A program made the translations under genes and the position numbers. From contig JAQGDQ010000019.1 in assembly GCA_030141605.1 (NCBI GenBank), forward strand, positions 682,001-746,000: a DNA stretch of 64,000 nt, given 5' to 3'. Each line of letters begins with the position of its first letter. Position 1 is the first letter of the stretch. This DNA is from Tubiluchus corallicola (lineage: Eukaryota; Animalia; Priapulida). Below the pieces are notes generated by a model that was not told where the DNA came from, ran no database searches, and saw nothing but the letters and a program-made list of their open reading frames with translations. This document shows, in pieces, positions 40,467-54,063 of this stretch.

Positions 40467-40650
40467 CAATAATCTTTATTTAAAGTCGGCTTTTAGATAA
40501 ACAATTAACATGATCTCAAAGAGCCTTTTGTCGACTGTAAATAACAATTCTACCACTATATAACAGAGACTAGTATTAACCCGTTTTTACTCTAAATACC
40601 ACGCGCCATGCAAGGCAAGGACAGCACCATTTTTAAAGCCTTTGGTACAG
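40369..40650 (-). mobile_element. 5'-truncated SINE copy with (ATT)n tail
   Basis: (AAT)n at 40369-40473, then tatttaaagtcg...gataaacaattaacatgatctcaaagagccttttg...taaataccacgcgc...accatttttaaagcctttggta, homologous to 52660-52820. Confidence 0.75.
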
Positions 40651-42779
40651 GCATCCCCAAGAATACTCCCACTGGAGTTGCCATTAAAATTTAATCATCT
40701 GATTAAAGTTTAATTTTATTTATTCAGTTCAGGAATTTAAGAATTTGTATGAATTGCAATAAAAATAAGTAAAAAATAAATTTAATCAGTTATCTTATGC
40801 GTTATGGTTTGGAAGAGAAACGCAATTGAATTAACTTTTCTGACTTTACCTAGCTTTGCGTTGAACAATTATATTAATAGGTTACTAATTTGAGCATTGG
40901 ATTACAAGAGTAGGCAGCCATTAATTACGTTCTTAAATCAAATTAATTTTAACTGCTTTAATGTGATTTAAATTGTCAACACGCTTGTGGGTGGCCAGCT
41001 TTAGGACCAGTTTAGTGGTGTGTATAATCACTCAAAAATCCCAGCGTATGACAAACAAAATCTTTTAGCCAAATACTGCTTATTTTTGAATACTATAACC
41101 AATAATGTAAAATTCGCCAAGTGACTCACTGACCTTAGCTTTTCGTCTTTTTGACTTCACAAGCATAACAGTTACATCTATTAGTTAAAGGAAATTACGT
41201 TGCGACGTCAGACTATGATCGTTTATTTTCAGACAGATATATTGCAGTCAGCAAACAGACAAGAGAATACAAAAGAACATAAACAGCCAATTAGTGATTT
41301 CATCGGCCTTGCAAAAAAGTTTATTGAGATCGGAATGAATCGGTGGAAATTCAGTTTACTTACTGAAATGACGAGACTGCACGACTGCATTGTTTTGGTC
41401 TACTAGACAGCGTAGAAGGTGCCGAGGGACACCCGTTGCGGCATGTAAATTACAGTACACTCCTGCCATGGCTTCATGATGAGAAAACAGGTGTAACAGT
41501 CTCATAACAGTTGCCAAGCAATTAGCAGTAGCATGAAGCCAGTCCAAACCACATATTCACAGCATGGGAAAGTTCACTGTACCTATGAATCTGATTAATA
41601 ATTAAGCCACGTGTGTATTTACTGCCTGCTAAGTGTGCTTAATTCTTGTGCAAATACTGACAGAGACACACGACGTTCAACTTGTTATTCAAAATTATTC
41701 AATGATCATATTTGTTCAACTATACAAGGCTGCTAATGTAAATGCGAAGTGGAGGTTACACTGTCGAGAGGTCTACGCTGTCAAATAAAACGCTTGCAAA
41801 GTTCTGCAAACACATATAACTGAAACGGATCGGAATTACTTAGCAGACTAGTAGTTTTTTGGCTTCTGTAACTGTACAAGCAATAGCACGTCTTCACCAG
41901 TTGAATCTAGACGGACCTACCGATTTTGAAATTTGCAATATTTATTCGAAAATAGTAGCTATTTTAGGTTAATTACGGCTCCTTTGTTAATTGTAAAAAA
42001 TAGGTTATAGGCTAATGCAAGATTGTATGTAAGATATTGATTTCATACAAAAGGATTTTTCATATTAGATTCCAGTACTACTGATGGGTCTCTAGTGATT
42101 TTTGAATAAACAAGATTTAACACATGATTAGTCTAAAATATTAACGTAAGTTATATTACCAATTTCCCGTTGAAGGCATAAAACCTCGTGAAAACTGAAA
42201 TAATAGTAAAAATAGCGATGAAAGCTTTTTCAATGTACTTAGTAACCAAAACAATATTTGACTAAAATGTCAAAAAATTATCGCTGTCTTTTGAAAGTTA
42301 AATTAGGTGATGAGATGTTAGTATTAGCTTTCATTTTGCAGTTCACAGATCTCTACTGGCGCAGGTGTTTTATGTGGACGATATTAGATAAATCCTTAAA
42401 GTGAAATGCGAGCAAATAATTGACTATTAGTACTGAAAATAATAGCATTCGATCACAGATCCGAACCAGCAGGCGCATACAAGTTGTACAAAGAAGGCCT
42501 AATGAAAATGTCATCTATTGAGTCGTGACGTTCCTAATGTATCCCAGTGCATCCTAATGTATTGTATTATTGTAATTTAGTGTGAACAATAGGAGTAAAC
42601 CTCCTAAATACGAACAGCTTCGGAATAGGTAAAGTAAATCATCTCGGTGTGAATAAACGAAGTAAATTGTTTCAAAACAAATAATCCGAGTAAGCCGCCC
42701 CAGTATGAGGAAAATGAAAAAAAAACGGTATCCGAATACTTAAAATAAATTGTTTAGTGTGGACAAGCTAGGCTAACTA

Positions 42780-43060
42780 TCTCATTATTGTTGGCATTGT
42801 TACTGGCGGTATAAATATTATGGCAGTGGCGGTGGCAGTGATGTTTGGGTGGCACTGGAAGTGGTTGCGCCCGAGGAGGAGGTGGCGGTCATGCTGGCGA
42901 TAGTGATAGTACTGCTACTGATAGTTGTTGTTGTTGTCGTCGTCTTCGTTGTTGTTGTTGTTGCTGCTGCTGCTGCTCTTTATTTGTATGTTGTTGTGGT
43001 TATAACTGTGAATGTTGTGATAGTGGAGGTGGTAGTGACAGTGATTGTGTGGTTGCTGTT
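42780..43060. repeat. Degenerate (GTT)/(GCT)/(GGT) trinucleotide tract
   Basis: Direct reading; source of poly-C/poly-V ORFs. Confidence 0.85.
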
Positions 43061-46000
43061 TTCTGGGAGTCGCAGTTAGCTAAACAATCTACTTCATGTC
43101 AGTAGGTTGAGTAAACTATCTCAGCGTGGATAGATTGGATCAGTAACCACTTCTGCGTAAATAGTGTCAGCACACATCTCAATGTGAAAAAACTTAATAA
43201 ACAGACTCAACGTGAACAAGCCCGAGTAAATACTTCAGAGTAAACGGCTTGAGTTAATTTTTTTAGTACTTCCGCACAGTTTTGCTCAGTAAAATGTCTA
43301 AATGTAAAACATCGAGTAAATCACGTCTCTATAAATAAGCTTGGCAGTTATTAAGGAACAACTAAGAGGCGCCTTTGAACCGACAGAAAAGAAGCTGCAG
43401 CATAAGTGAAACGCAATCACCAAATTTTGAGCTCCGAATTTTTGCTAGTCTTTTTCTAAACCTGAGTTTTTATTGCGCATTTCGCTCGTGAATTTTGCGC
43501 CTCGTGTTTGCAAGAGAAGCCATAATAGAAAACGTGCGCAATAATAGAGAATTTAGCTTCACTAAATGCCCTTTTATGAACAGTAAAACCGCAGCAAAAC
43601 GACCACAGACTGCAAACCTTACATGTTGTGATGGTTCTTTTCCGGGTAATCTAATTGTTACTTAGATAGTAATATACAGAAATCGTTAATACGTATAGTT
43701 AAAATAAAGTTACAACTGTTGAACTCTTAGTTTATACGATGTATGCTACCTTTCCGCCGATTCCTCTACAATCAGGCGGTGTCAGTTCTTGCAAATCTTG
43801 ACCCATATCTAGGTGGCCGGCACGAAGAGCATGGCAGGTGTTATGATTATTATTCACAAAGTGCTTTTACCTCAGTCGAACACAAAAGCTATGCAGTTTA
43901 AAAAGTCAGCTGTAAATAACAACAGCAATGCTGAATTCAACAGTGTTCACAGTAAAAGCATTAACAAGCAAAGGCTTTCCTTATCCCTGTTCCTATTCGT
44001 AGGAGTACCACGAAGTCGTAAAGTTATTAATTTTTTTTATTGCGGTTCAGTTTAAATGCGCAAATAAATACTTGCTTGTATACAGTTCCCAGCAGCAATA
44101 GAAATAATAAAACTGTTTCTAGGAATAATATTATGTATTATATAGCACAAGTTTTTTTTGTAAGTGAGCGGTCTGATTAGACAAATCAGACTAAATGTGT
44201 TGAATTTCAGGGCTCTAGGCTTCGGGTTCGATTCCCATTGTCAACTTGACGTTTTGATAATTATTATTTAGACTTTCAGAATATCAGTGATTCTGATATG
44301 CCTGTTCAATATATAGTCATTACGTAATCGTTGGAGGAATCTCTTTGAAAGAGAAAATATTTTAGGAGAAAAAACATTGCAATGAGAAAAAATGAAATAA
44401 CTCAAACTGACCAACAACAATAATTCATGAGTAACTCATATCTACAATATGCTATCTTTACATAAATCCTACTTGAAATTTTCAGAAAAAGGATAATCAA
44501 GTTGTAACCTTGAAAGTGTGCACAAAAACTTGCGCTATTTCACTTGTCATTCCCATACTAATGAACTTGTTTAATTATTTGTTGCCTCCTGGGAAACTTG
44601 CACTGAACGACTAGTGATATTGCATAGTCTTTGAAAGCGGAGCATTAGTGAATGCAATTTCGCGTTTATACATGTTTTTTTATATAATCCTACGCTTTTG
44701 ACCCTTGAATTCCATGGACGTTGAGGTAGATATACGAATGAGCAGTATGTGATGCTTCCTAATTTTATTCTTTATATTAGACCTAAGTCTCATGACAGCT
44801 GCTTGCTGCGTAATAAGCAAGTGAATTAAGTTGTATACAGCACTCGTACATGCTGATTTAGTGACCTTGTAATATGGGCTAACGCGTCAAATTAGTAGAA
44901 AAATACACACATACGTGACATGTAACATAAGGAGATATTGAATATTTTTCGCCTATAGTAAAACATGTGGGCCAAAAAAGCAATAGTAGCTGTTGTATCC
45001 TTTTAAGCATAAGAAATCATGGCGAAATCTGAGACGGTCTCAATACTAAGCCAGGATTCTTTTTGAAATCTATTCGCTGCCAACTTACAACCACGAGTTT
45101 TTCCACGTAATCTAAAACACATGTTACAAGATTCAATGGGCAAAATTACCCTCTATTTGATTCGCCAATAAACATTGTATTTATTATGATATTACATCTT
45201 AAAAATGTTTGTTTCAGGAACGTTACAGCAGTGTCATTGCATGGCATAATGGCATCATTTTCAGCGTGTCAGAATTATAACATGAACAATAATTGTGTGT
45301 TGTTAAATAAGTTGTTGCAGTAAACTCAAAATTCAGTAAAACCTAATATAAATGTATATGCTTAGGTTGTACATCTATAAAAATACAGTCATAAAAACAC
45401 TGTCGTACTGGCTTGCACTGGCTGCTTAAATCCTCATGCGTTATAATCTCCCAGTCTAAAACAAATCTATCTTGACTACAGCTGTAATGTGATTAGAAGA
45501 AGCCAGTGTTTTTCAGAATCAGTCATGATTAGTGTCATAAGGCTCGCTGTAAGTGGCTGACATTAAAGTTGATTATAAAATCTCGTTTTCAGAAGGAATA
45601 TTTTACCCTAATTATTTTAAAATTTTTTAGAATTCTGTTATTTTACAAGAAGAGTAGAAGTGAGATTGTTCGTCAAAGGCAGCTGCTAGGCGTGTGGGAT
45701 GAAACCTGCATCATTATATTGATCCTTGTAAATTGTCAGCATTGTATTTTGACTGTTACTATTTTGCACAGAAACGAATGCTCTGGCTGATGCATATTAT
45801 GTTTGATTCGCCGAGGTATTCGTCTTTTACTAACTTTGTATGCTATGCATAAAATTCTCAAATTTGCCAATTAAACTAAATAAAGCATGTAAGCGCAAAT
45901 GTCTTTAATAATCTACTACCACCAACAATTCATTTTATAGAGCTTACAGTTTATAAGAGATCTATCATATCGATATTAATATCGTAAGAACAAAACATCA

Positions 46001-49000
46001 CAGTAACAATGATATTAAAACCAATTTATATTAAAATCATCTGGGATTTGCTAGCTAGAACAAATCGATTCAATTTCAAAGTCAGTCGATTTTAATTTGA
46101 TTTCTTCTCAGGAGTGCAAAGCCTGCCTGCAAGTAATTGGCTTCAAATAACGTCGTAACTCAATAGGTAGCAAAAACTGGCTATTATACACCCAATCATA
46201 TGATCTAAATGCTTTCAAATTTTCCCATTACGCATTTGAATAATGCAGTAGTGGATTTAAGAAAGGGCAGCAGGTGTCATACACAAGGGGCGATAACAAA
46301 TGTCCACATAATCCATTGTTAGAATTAATAAGCATTAACTACTCCTCCGTCCTCTATTATAGCACATATATAAACTAAAGTTGTTTTAGATCTAAGCCAT
46401 CTGTTGAACCGATTCATATTGCTTATCATTAATTTTCTTAGTTGTTTACAGGCACAATATTACGACATTACACAATGCGATAGAATACAAAAAGAGATGT
46501 GCTAGTCACAATAACTATATGCTCTCAAACATCTGAAACCACGAAGGCAAACAGATAGAAATACATTTTGCCCGCGTGGTATTACAAACGCAACAAAATA
46601 TTTGTTACATTACACCGTGTTTTGTTTAGGTTCCCAGTGGGCTGAGTTTGTTTTAATTATATAAATAGCAGTGCATAATACAAGAATAGCAGGAAACGGG
46701 CTTTAGAACAGACGATTTGAACGGACCGCATCAGTTCAGCGTAAGATTCTCAGACATCAAAGTTGTAGCTATTGAAATTACAAAAAAATGATAAATCAAC
46801 CTGAAAGTCAGTTAGTCAGCAAGCGTACAGGTACGCTTTAAGTAAGTTAAGCAGCCAGCCTGTGTGTGAGTTGGTCCGTCAACCAATCAGTTGGTCAGCC
46901 GGTAATCGACTTGTTAATAGCCAGCTACGAATGACTAATAATAACGTCTTACCGAAAAAACACCGTTTTTGTTTGTTTATCAATTTTTGTTTACGTAAAA
47001 ACTTGTTTACATATAATTGGAACTTTCTCGTAGAAAAAGAGTCGAAATCTTCACAGCGTGATTCGCTCATTGAAATATCCGTCGTTATCCAAAGATTTTG
47101 TATTTTATAGTATTGAAACGTCATTGTAAGCGTGAAAATAATAAGCACGTTGTAATAGTGAAGACTAAGACCAGTAATATTTCATATTTTTGTTACCGCC
47201 TTCTTCATACAGAAATTTAGAGATTCGTTAGGGTTAAAATCCATAACTAATATTCTTTTATATCTGTCGAAGCGCTTTCCAAGAAAATTCTGTCCACCAT
47301 TTAAGCAACTGAGAAACAGATCAGGCACAAACTGACCTCCTTCTTTTAACAGTGCTTTTTGTTGCCAACCATTAAAACACAGATAAATTGTAACTTCAGC
47401 CAGTAAATTCTTACATGAAAGGTGGTTCACTAAGGTTAAAAACCAATTAGGAATAGCTTCTATCATGCAAATTAGCCTATATTATCTGTACTTTAATGTC
47501 TTTAATTAGCCGAATCATATTTTAAATTGAATTTTAGGTGTTTAGGAAAAGAAAGCCTTTTCATGCGTCCTTTAACCCATCGATGAAGTTTTATATTTCC
47601 GTTCAACTAATCAACCTTCGTAAAAAATCTCGAACTCATCTTATTCACTCGAAAGAAAAAGTTAATCGGCGAGTAAATGCAAACACATTTCAGGGTCATA
47701 AACCTATAAAGAATTCACTTCGTTAATACGGGGTTATGTCTGCTATCAACCGACACGAGTTTGGTTTTATAATTCCACTAAACACTGCCTGTGTAGCTAC
47801 AGAAATGTTTGCAGTATTACTGATGGTCGATACCTGATTTTTTGCGAACATATCAGGATTTCGTATAAATTTAGACTATAAAAAGCACCTTGTACAGTAT
47901 GCGGTTAATTTCACATTGCAAATCGAACGTTAATATTAATGCAAATCAAATCGTATTACAGGAAAGGGCGTTTTGGCCGCCTCTCGTTGAAGAAGGATAA
48001 CGTGTACACAACTACATCACATAAAAAGAGAATAGTGTTTTCAGTAAAAAGGCTTTGTCAGGCATCTTACAGTTACTAAGCCATTGAAAACTGTGATAGT
48101 ACACTAAGTATAAAGGGGCATGGCGTGCACATGTTTCGTGAAGGACGTTGTAATGGCTTCTCAGGGCAGTGACAATCCAACTTTTACGGCAATTTTTTCA
48201 TAAAGGAGGATTCCTATATAGGTATTTCATATTATGCATACCATTGATGCTGCGCAATGCAACACAAGCACTGCACTGTATCTTCAATGACAGTGGTTCA
48301 ATGGTGTTACCCGTATGAAAATCAACGAGATGAGGTTGCATGAGGTTTATATCTATTTAACACAAGCATGTTTAAAATGACAGTCACCGTTGGCTGCCTT
48401 TTTCCTTGTGATTAAAAGAAATCGTTTAACCTCCCACCCGCATGACCTCACTACCTCGCTGATGAAAAGGAACCGCTCGCTATTTTCTCCAGATTTTTTG
48501 CTTGAAATATGCTAGGTGTGTGTACATACCCGCACACAAATACAAAGGGAAGGCAGAAACAAATGCTGCAAGCAAAACAAAGTTATGGTTATATTACTTT
48601 CGGACGCGGCTGGGCCAGATTTCTTAGGCATGAGCTTATTTTCTTAAGCACCCAGTCAGTATTTATGGCACAAGACCATTGCTGACGAAAACCAGCAAAA
48701 ACACTAGTGCCAAGTTGTGTTTTAAAAGAGGCACGAGAAGGAAGCCCAGTAGCCCAGATTCGCAAAGCATGCCAGGACAGACGAAGTTCATGTGAGGACA
48801 GCCAGGAAAGCGCTTGGCACACTCAAGCGAGTGATGAAATCGGATGATAGACGATAGTAAGACAGGAACTGTAACATGCAGATAAAATCGTGACAAACAG
48901 GCGAGGATAATTAGCACCGATGACAAACAAATGAGTCTAGAACTTGCAGAAAAAATGAGAAAAGAGTCAACCTGACTAGAAACTGATGAATGATGATAGC

Positions 49001-50084
49001 AGAACTGTGTCGATTATGAAATTTAAAAAGCACTAACTACCTACAGGCATTAGTGATTTTAATTTGTAAAGATTTGGTATGAGTGGCACATTCTTCCAAG
49101 AACACGCGAAATTGTCTGTGCTCAGCCTCTGAGTTCATTGAAAAAAAAACACAGCTGGTTCATGTCAATCTTAAAATGTTTGATATCAAAAGCCATGCAT
49201 GCTTGAAGTTCTGTAAGCTTCAGTACTTGCCATACACATGATAAACTTCTAACAGCGGATATGAAAGAAAAGAAAAAGAATTGCTTTTTTAAGAAGCAAA
49301 CAAAATGTTCCGTATAGATACCAAATTCCTCTTACCCATATTCCAGTTTAGTTGTTACAGCTATATTTTGACTATATTTTAACAACACCTGGCCTAAATC
49401 TAAAGAACCCATGCAGATTTCAACCAATTACGGCTAAGCACGAAAACCATTCTTTCTGCGCCGACCAGCAAGTGTCCAGAAAAACACAGCTAGAGTTTCA
49501 TTTGCTGGTGGTAAAGCGAAGGCTATTTTCAGCAGCGTGCTGAAAGCAGTGTTGGACGTTGTTTAAATTGCCGACGGCCTGCTGATATCATATTGTCGGC
49601 TAATGTGGTAGCTTGTGAACTAAATGCTGGGTAGAAGAAACTGCAGATTTTGCAACTCTCCAACTGCAATAGGGCTAAGTCTCCAATATCTAAATGTTTT
49701 TTTAAGAACGTGCTGCATTTAATGGAAATCTCTGCCGTGTCATCAGCAAATTTGTTTGCCTAATTAACAACAACGAACACTTTTGTTCAGTAGGCCTAGC
49801 AGCTGTTCCAATTAATCAACAAAACTTTCAAACTACATGTACTACTGGTTACGTAATTTCATCATCAGTGTGAATTAGTATAAGTAAAAGGTCAAACTTT
49901 TTGGTGCAGCTCTCAGACTGGATATATTATATGATATAACAACAGCTGGTGTCTCTAAGTCGTTTTGTCTATTATTTTCGGATTTTTTATTTGTGGCCAT
50001 GTGCCCGTAAATTACGGGCAACAAGAAAGTATTTCTAACAAAGTCACAAACACAAAAATTGTAAATTACAATCGCAATACTTAC

Positions 50085-51832
50085 TCTGTCTGGTCGTTTT
50101 CAAATACAATTTCATTGCTCATCAGAATAAAGTCGCGACCCTTCTTTGCCGTGCCGTCAGTAGTATGGAAAGCAACCTTCACTTTTCCTCTTGCACCACT
50201 GTGGCGTCCCAAGCGTATTTTTGTCTCTCCATCAGACTCGTGACACGTGTGTTCGCCAGAGTCGAAAGTAAAGATGCCGTGATGGTCATCATCAAGAATC
50301 ATCACAGTAGCAACAAATGGAGTTGCAAGTTTAGCAAGTGGATTAGGAGGTGCTGTGCCATTAGAAATAAACATGCCATCAGGCCCACCTACACGAACAT
50401 TGCTCAAGTTCATGTAGAAGTGCTCATCCTCCTCAAAGATATCATCGTCAATGATCTTGATTGCAATTGTTTTCTTCTTCTGGCCTGGGTTGAAAACAAG
50501 GGTGCCTTCAGCGTGTTCGTAGTCAGTCTTCGAGTTTGCAGTGCCGTCTTCTGTCTTGTAGTCAACATAGATTGTATTTTCGTCACTTCCACCCTCTCGA
50601 CAAACAGTTATGTCAAAGCTGCCCACATTCTCAAAGACTGTGTAATGTGCTGGATCAAAGTAGACCAATGTGCAGTTCGGATCCTCACCTGCTCCTTTAA
50701 CTTCAGTTAGCTTATCTTGTTGGAACAGTTCATCAATCTTCTTCTTTGAGAGAACGTTACCACCACCAGTTAGTTTTCTTGTTGCCTGTATGCGATAAAA
50801 CGCTCTACTTTTAGGGCCTCTGTTCATGATCTCATAGTTTGCCATGTGTTGAAGAGTTTCCATATCTGCATCTGGGTTTTTCTTCCTCAGTTCACGCAAA
50901 ACAGTGATGTATTCCTTACGGTGCTGTTCAAATTCTGTGAACTCTTTTGTCTCTTTCACTGACATAGATCTCATTAGATGACTTGGCACAATTTGCCCAT
51001 CTGTCTTGCCTAGCTCCATTTCCCCACCTTCAGTCATTACAACCGTTTTAGGCCCCCTCCCACCCCTGTATTTTGTGGGTAACAGTTTCCTACCTGGTAT
51101 AATCCTTTTATCAGCCATGTATGCAGTTAGGACTGTTAGAGGGAAGCACAGAAGTGTGACAATAGCCTCCCATATTTCTACTTTCCCAGGAGATATCTTT
51201 GCAATGATAAGATATAACCAGATGTAGGCAAAAATACTCCAACTACAAGTTATAAAAAACACACGTAGATGATTCTGGATTCTGACTTCATTGTCTGGAA
51301 TAACCAGCACGCAAAGGCCAATGATGACAAACATGTTGAAAGCAGCGCTACCAACGATTGTTCCAGGACCAAGATCGCCAGCGGTAAATTTATTACCACA
51401 GATCTCAATAACTGACAGCATGATTTCTGGTGCGGAGGAACCAAGCGCCATGAGAGTCAAGTTGGACACTGTTTCGTTCCAGACCCTTACACTCACTACT
51501 GTTTTCTCACCATTAGGACGCTTGATGGTAACTGACTTTTCGTGTGATGTAATGACCTCAATGGCTGCCATGAACCGATCAGCAACGATGGAAACACCAA
51601 GGAACATATACACAAGCGATACAAAATATACAATAGCTCTAGCAGCTTTATCTCCTGGGCTTAAGGAATCTTGTGGTTGCCAAATAGGAAGCGCAATTCC
51701 CTTTTTACATTGCACATTTGCTCCTGGGCATGTTCCATTCACTTTCTTGATTCCATAAGCTGGAGGAACCAGCAGTATTAGTGACACAAGAACTAGAAGC
51801 AAGAGTTCCTGACGAATTCTTGAATGTTCCAT
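50085..51832 (-). CDS. NCX: Na+/Ca2+ exchanger first coding exon (signal peptide, TM1-5 with alpha-1 repeat, XIP, CBD1, start of CBD2)
   Basis: LTLMALGSSAPEIMLS, GTIVGSAAFN, KSRAFYRIQATR, Calx-beta motifs EDGTA/IIDDDIFEEDEHF/ILDDDH. Exon 51904-50085 with acceptor ttattttttgcag, 72-nt UTR containing an in-frame TAG, donor GA|gtaagt (phase 2). Full spliced CDS 2757 nt, 918 aa. Confidence 0.98.
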
Positions 51833-52564
51833 TATTGTATTTTCTTCTCGAGTTTGAGTACTCTGCTTTTCAGAGAAGTCTTAAAACTAATTCTAGATAT
51901 TCGCCTGCAAAAAATAAGAGTTGTAAAATTTAAGGAGTGAAAATTAATTACTACTGCTCTTATGAAACGTTACCGTCTTAGTCACATTTCTATGAAGATT
52001 TATGCAGTGCAAATGTATTCCCAATTATACTTGGTATATGTTTTTCCTTGATATGGACAATCCGCCCCATTCTTCCAACAGCCCCCTACAAAGAACTGTA
52101 ATTCACCTATTACACAAATGTGGTGTAAGACACAAATGGAAATATCAAACACTCACTAAACTTTTTCCACATTAGGCAAAGCATTTCTTTTGTCTTTTTT
52201 ATTTGTTAATTAATGTCACTTGGCACAAATATGTTCTAACACACAAATGGAAATATAAGCTCAGATATATTTTTCAGATTAAGCAAACTATTTATTTTTT
52301 TATTTATTACAGTATTTATTTTGCAATCAATAAGATTGCGCATTTTAATCAATAGCAGCAAATGTACTGAGAATATAAATATTAATATGTAGTAGCATTG
52401 TGTAAGATTATTTGGAATTTGGGACCACCTGATTTGAAAACATTTTTAAATATGTTGACGGGCAAGCAATATATCAGTTTTCGACATCTTAAAAGTGGTA
52501 ATAGCTAATTAACAAACAGATGGGAATGTATAGCTAAATACATGTATATGTGAATGCGGATGTA

Positions 52565-52613
52565 TTAATAATAATAATAATTATAATTATATAGTAATAA
52601 TAACAACAACAAC

Positions 52614-52652
<39 letters not shown>

Positions 52653-52890
52653 ACTATAATCATTATTTAAAGTCGTTGTTTGGATAAACACTTAACATAA
52701 GCTCAAAGAGCTTTTTGCCAACTCTAAATAACAAACTACAACTGCATAATGCAATCTATTAATAGCTAAATACCACACGCTGGGCAGGAAAAAGCAGGTA
52801 CCATTTAACAATCTTTGGTATTACCTGCCCGCAGCATCGAACTCATGACCTTCCAGATGGAAAACGGACGCGTTACCACTACGCTATATG
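52565..52890 (-). mobile_element. tRNA-derived SINE, near full length, with (ATT/GTT)n tail
   Basis: Minus strand: A box TAGCGTAGTGG (52886-52876), B box GAGTTCGATGC (52844-52834), body taccaaagattgttaaatggtacctgc, simple-repeat tail at 52565-52650; second copy at 40369-40650. Confidence 0.8.
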
Positions 52891-53991
52891 TATCACCAGA
52901 GCGCATGATTTTTAAAGAAAATGAACTCGCTTAATCATTAAAAGTTAATGATTAAGTTAAAGTTAATGATGAAATTTGAAAATGATTTATGGAAGTAAAC
53001 CACGGTTGCAGTAAGCAATTTTGCAGGGAAGCGGTTATAGTGTTTTTATTTATACTGCAATTCTGTTTGGTTAACTAGCGCCAATAAACTTTACGACTTC
53101 ATGTGTAAGTTTCTCACTTAAAAATTTAACTAGCGGAACAATATTTCCATACCAGAAATTAGTTTCCAACTCCCTCTAGCTCGGCAGCCGAACACAGCAA
53201 ATGTAAAACAGTCGGACATATTTGCGCAACTTTAGAAGCCGTAATCGAGGAATGAAAAAGCGTAACCTCATACTTTAATTCGTTGTGCACGCGTGCGCTA
53301 TTTTGTGCGTAACCCGAGAGGCAAGCCGTATAAACCTCATAGGAACTGGTTACTGTATAATATGCTGCACGCTTTCTAGTGTTTAACGCTGACTTCAACA
53401 GGAGTCAGCTGCATTGTCTAGTCTCTAGAGAATCTGCACATCGGTCACGCGCTTTAACCCGAAGCTACTTACATAAATAATCTCTCTACATTCTCTCTAA
53501 AGCTGCAGGAATGAGTGCCGTGGTCGTGTTCTATATAATTAGGATTGTAAGTGTCCGGTGAGGAATGAAGAGGCTCTAACTTCACACTTCACGTGAACCA
53601 AAGCAGCATAATATTGCTGTGGCCACAGATAGCAAGGCTCTCTTCCACCTGTGTAAAAAACAAGCACAGTTTCAGTTAAATTATTTTTCAAGCAATAATA
53701 TGAGTAAGACAGGTCCGCATGCTTGAAGTAGCAAGAAAAGATGGAGTAAGTTATTCGCACCAAAAAAGCTGATATATTTTTTACTTCATCGCAAGCTATA
53801 TCAATACAAATTAAATCAATTCAATATAACCTACCAAAAAAACCGCATTAATAACATCATCATCTTCCATTATCTTCTATTGTCATATCGTCATTTTCAA
53901 CTTTCAGACTTTTAGTTTACCATTCACCATATATGTACTATATATGGACAATATGGTGAATGCCGTTCTCATAATTAGAATTATAATTAGC

Positions 53992-53992
<1 letters not shown>

Positions 53993-54035
<43 letters not shown>

Positions 54036-54063
54036 TCATCATCGTCATCATCAACATCATCAT
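53993..54063. repeat. (CAT)n microsatellite
   Basis: Direct reading. Confidence 0.93.

Noticed and set aside
44160-44240. tRNA-like B box GGTTCGATTCC (similar relics near 12570, 34310, 53450)
   Set aside because: No complete cloverleaf; most likely decayed SINE heads rather than tRNA genes.
50165-51758. Plus-strand ORFs of 181, 73 and 155 aa
   Set aside because: Antisense shadows of the NCX coding exon with no independent features.
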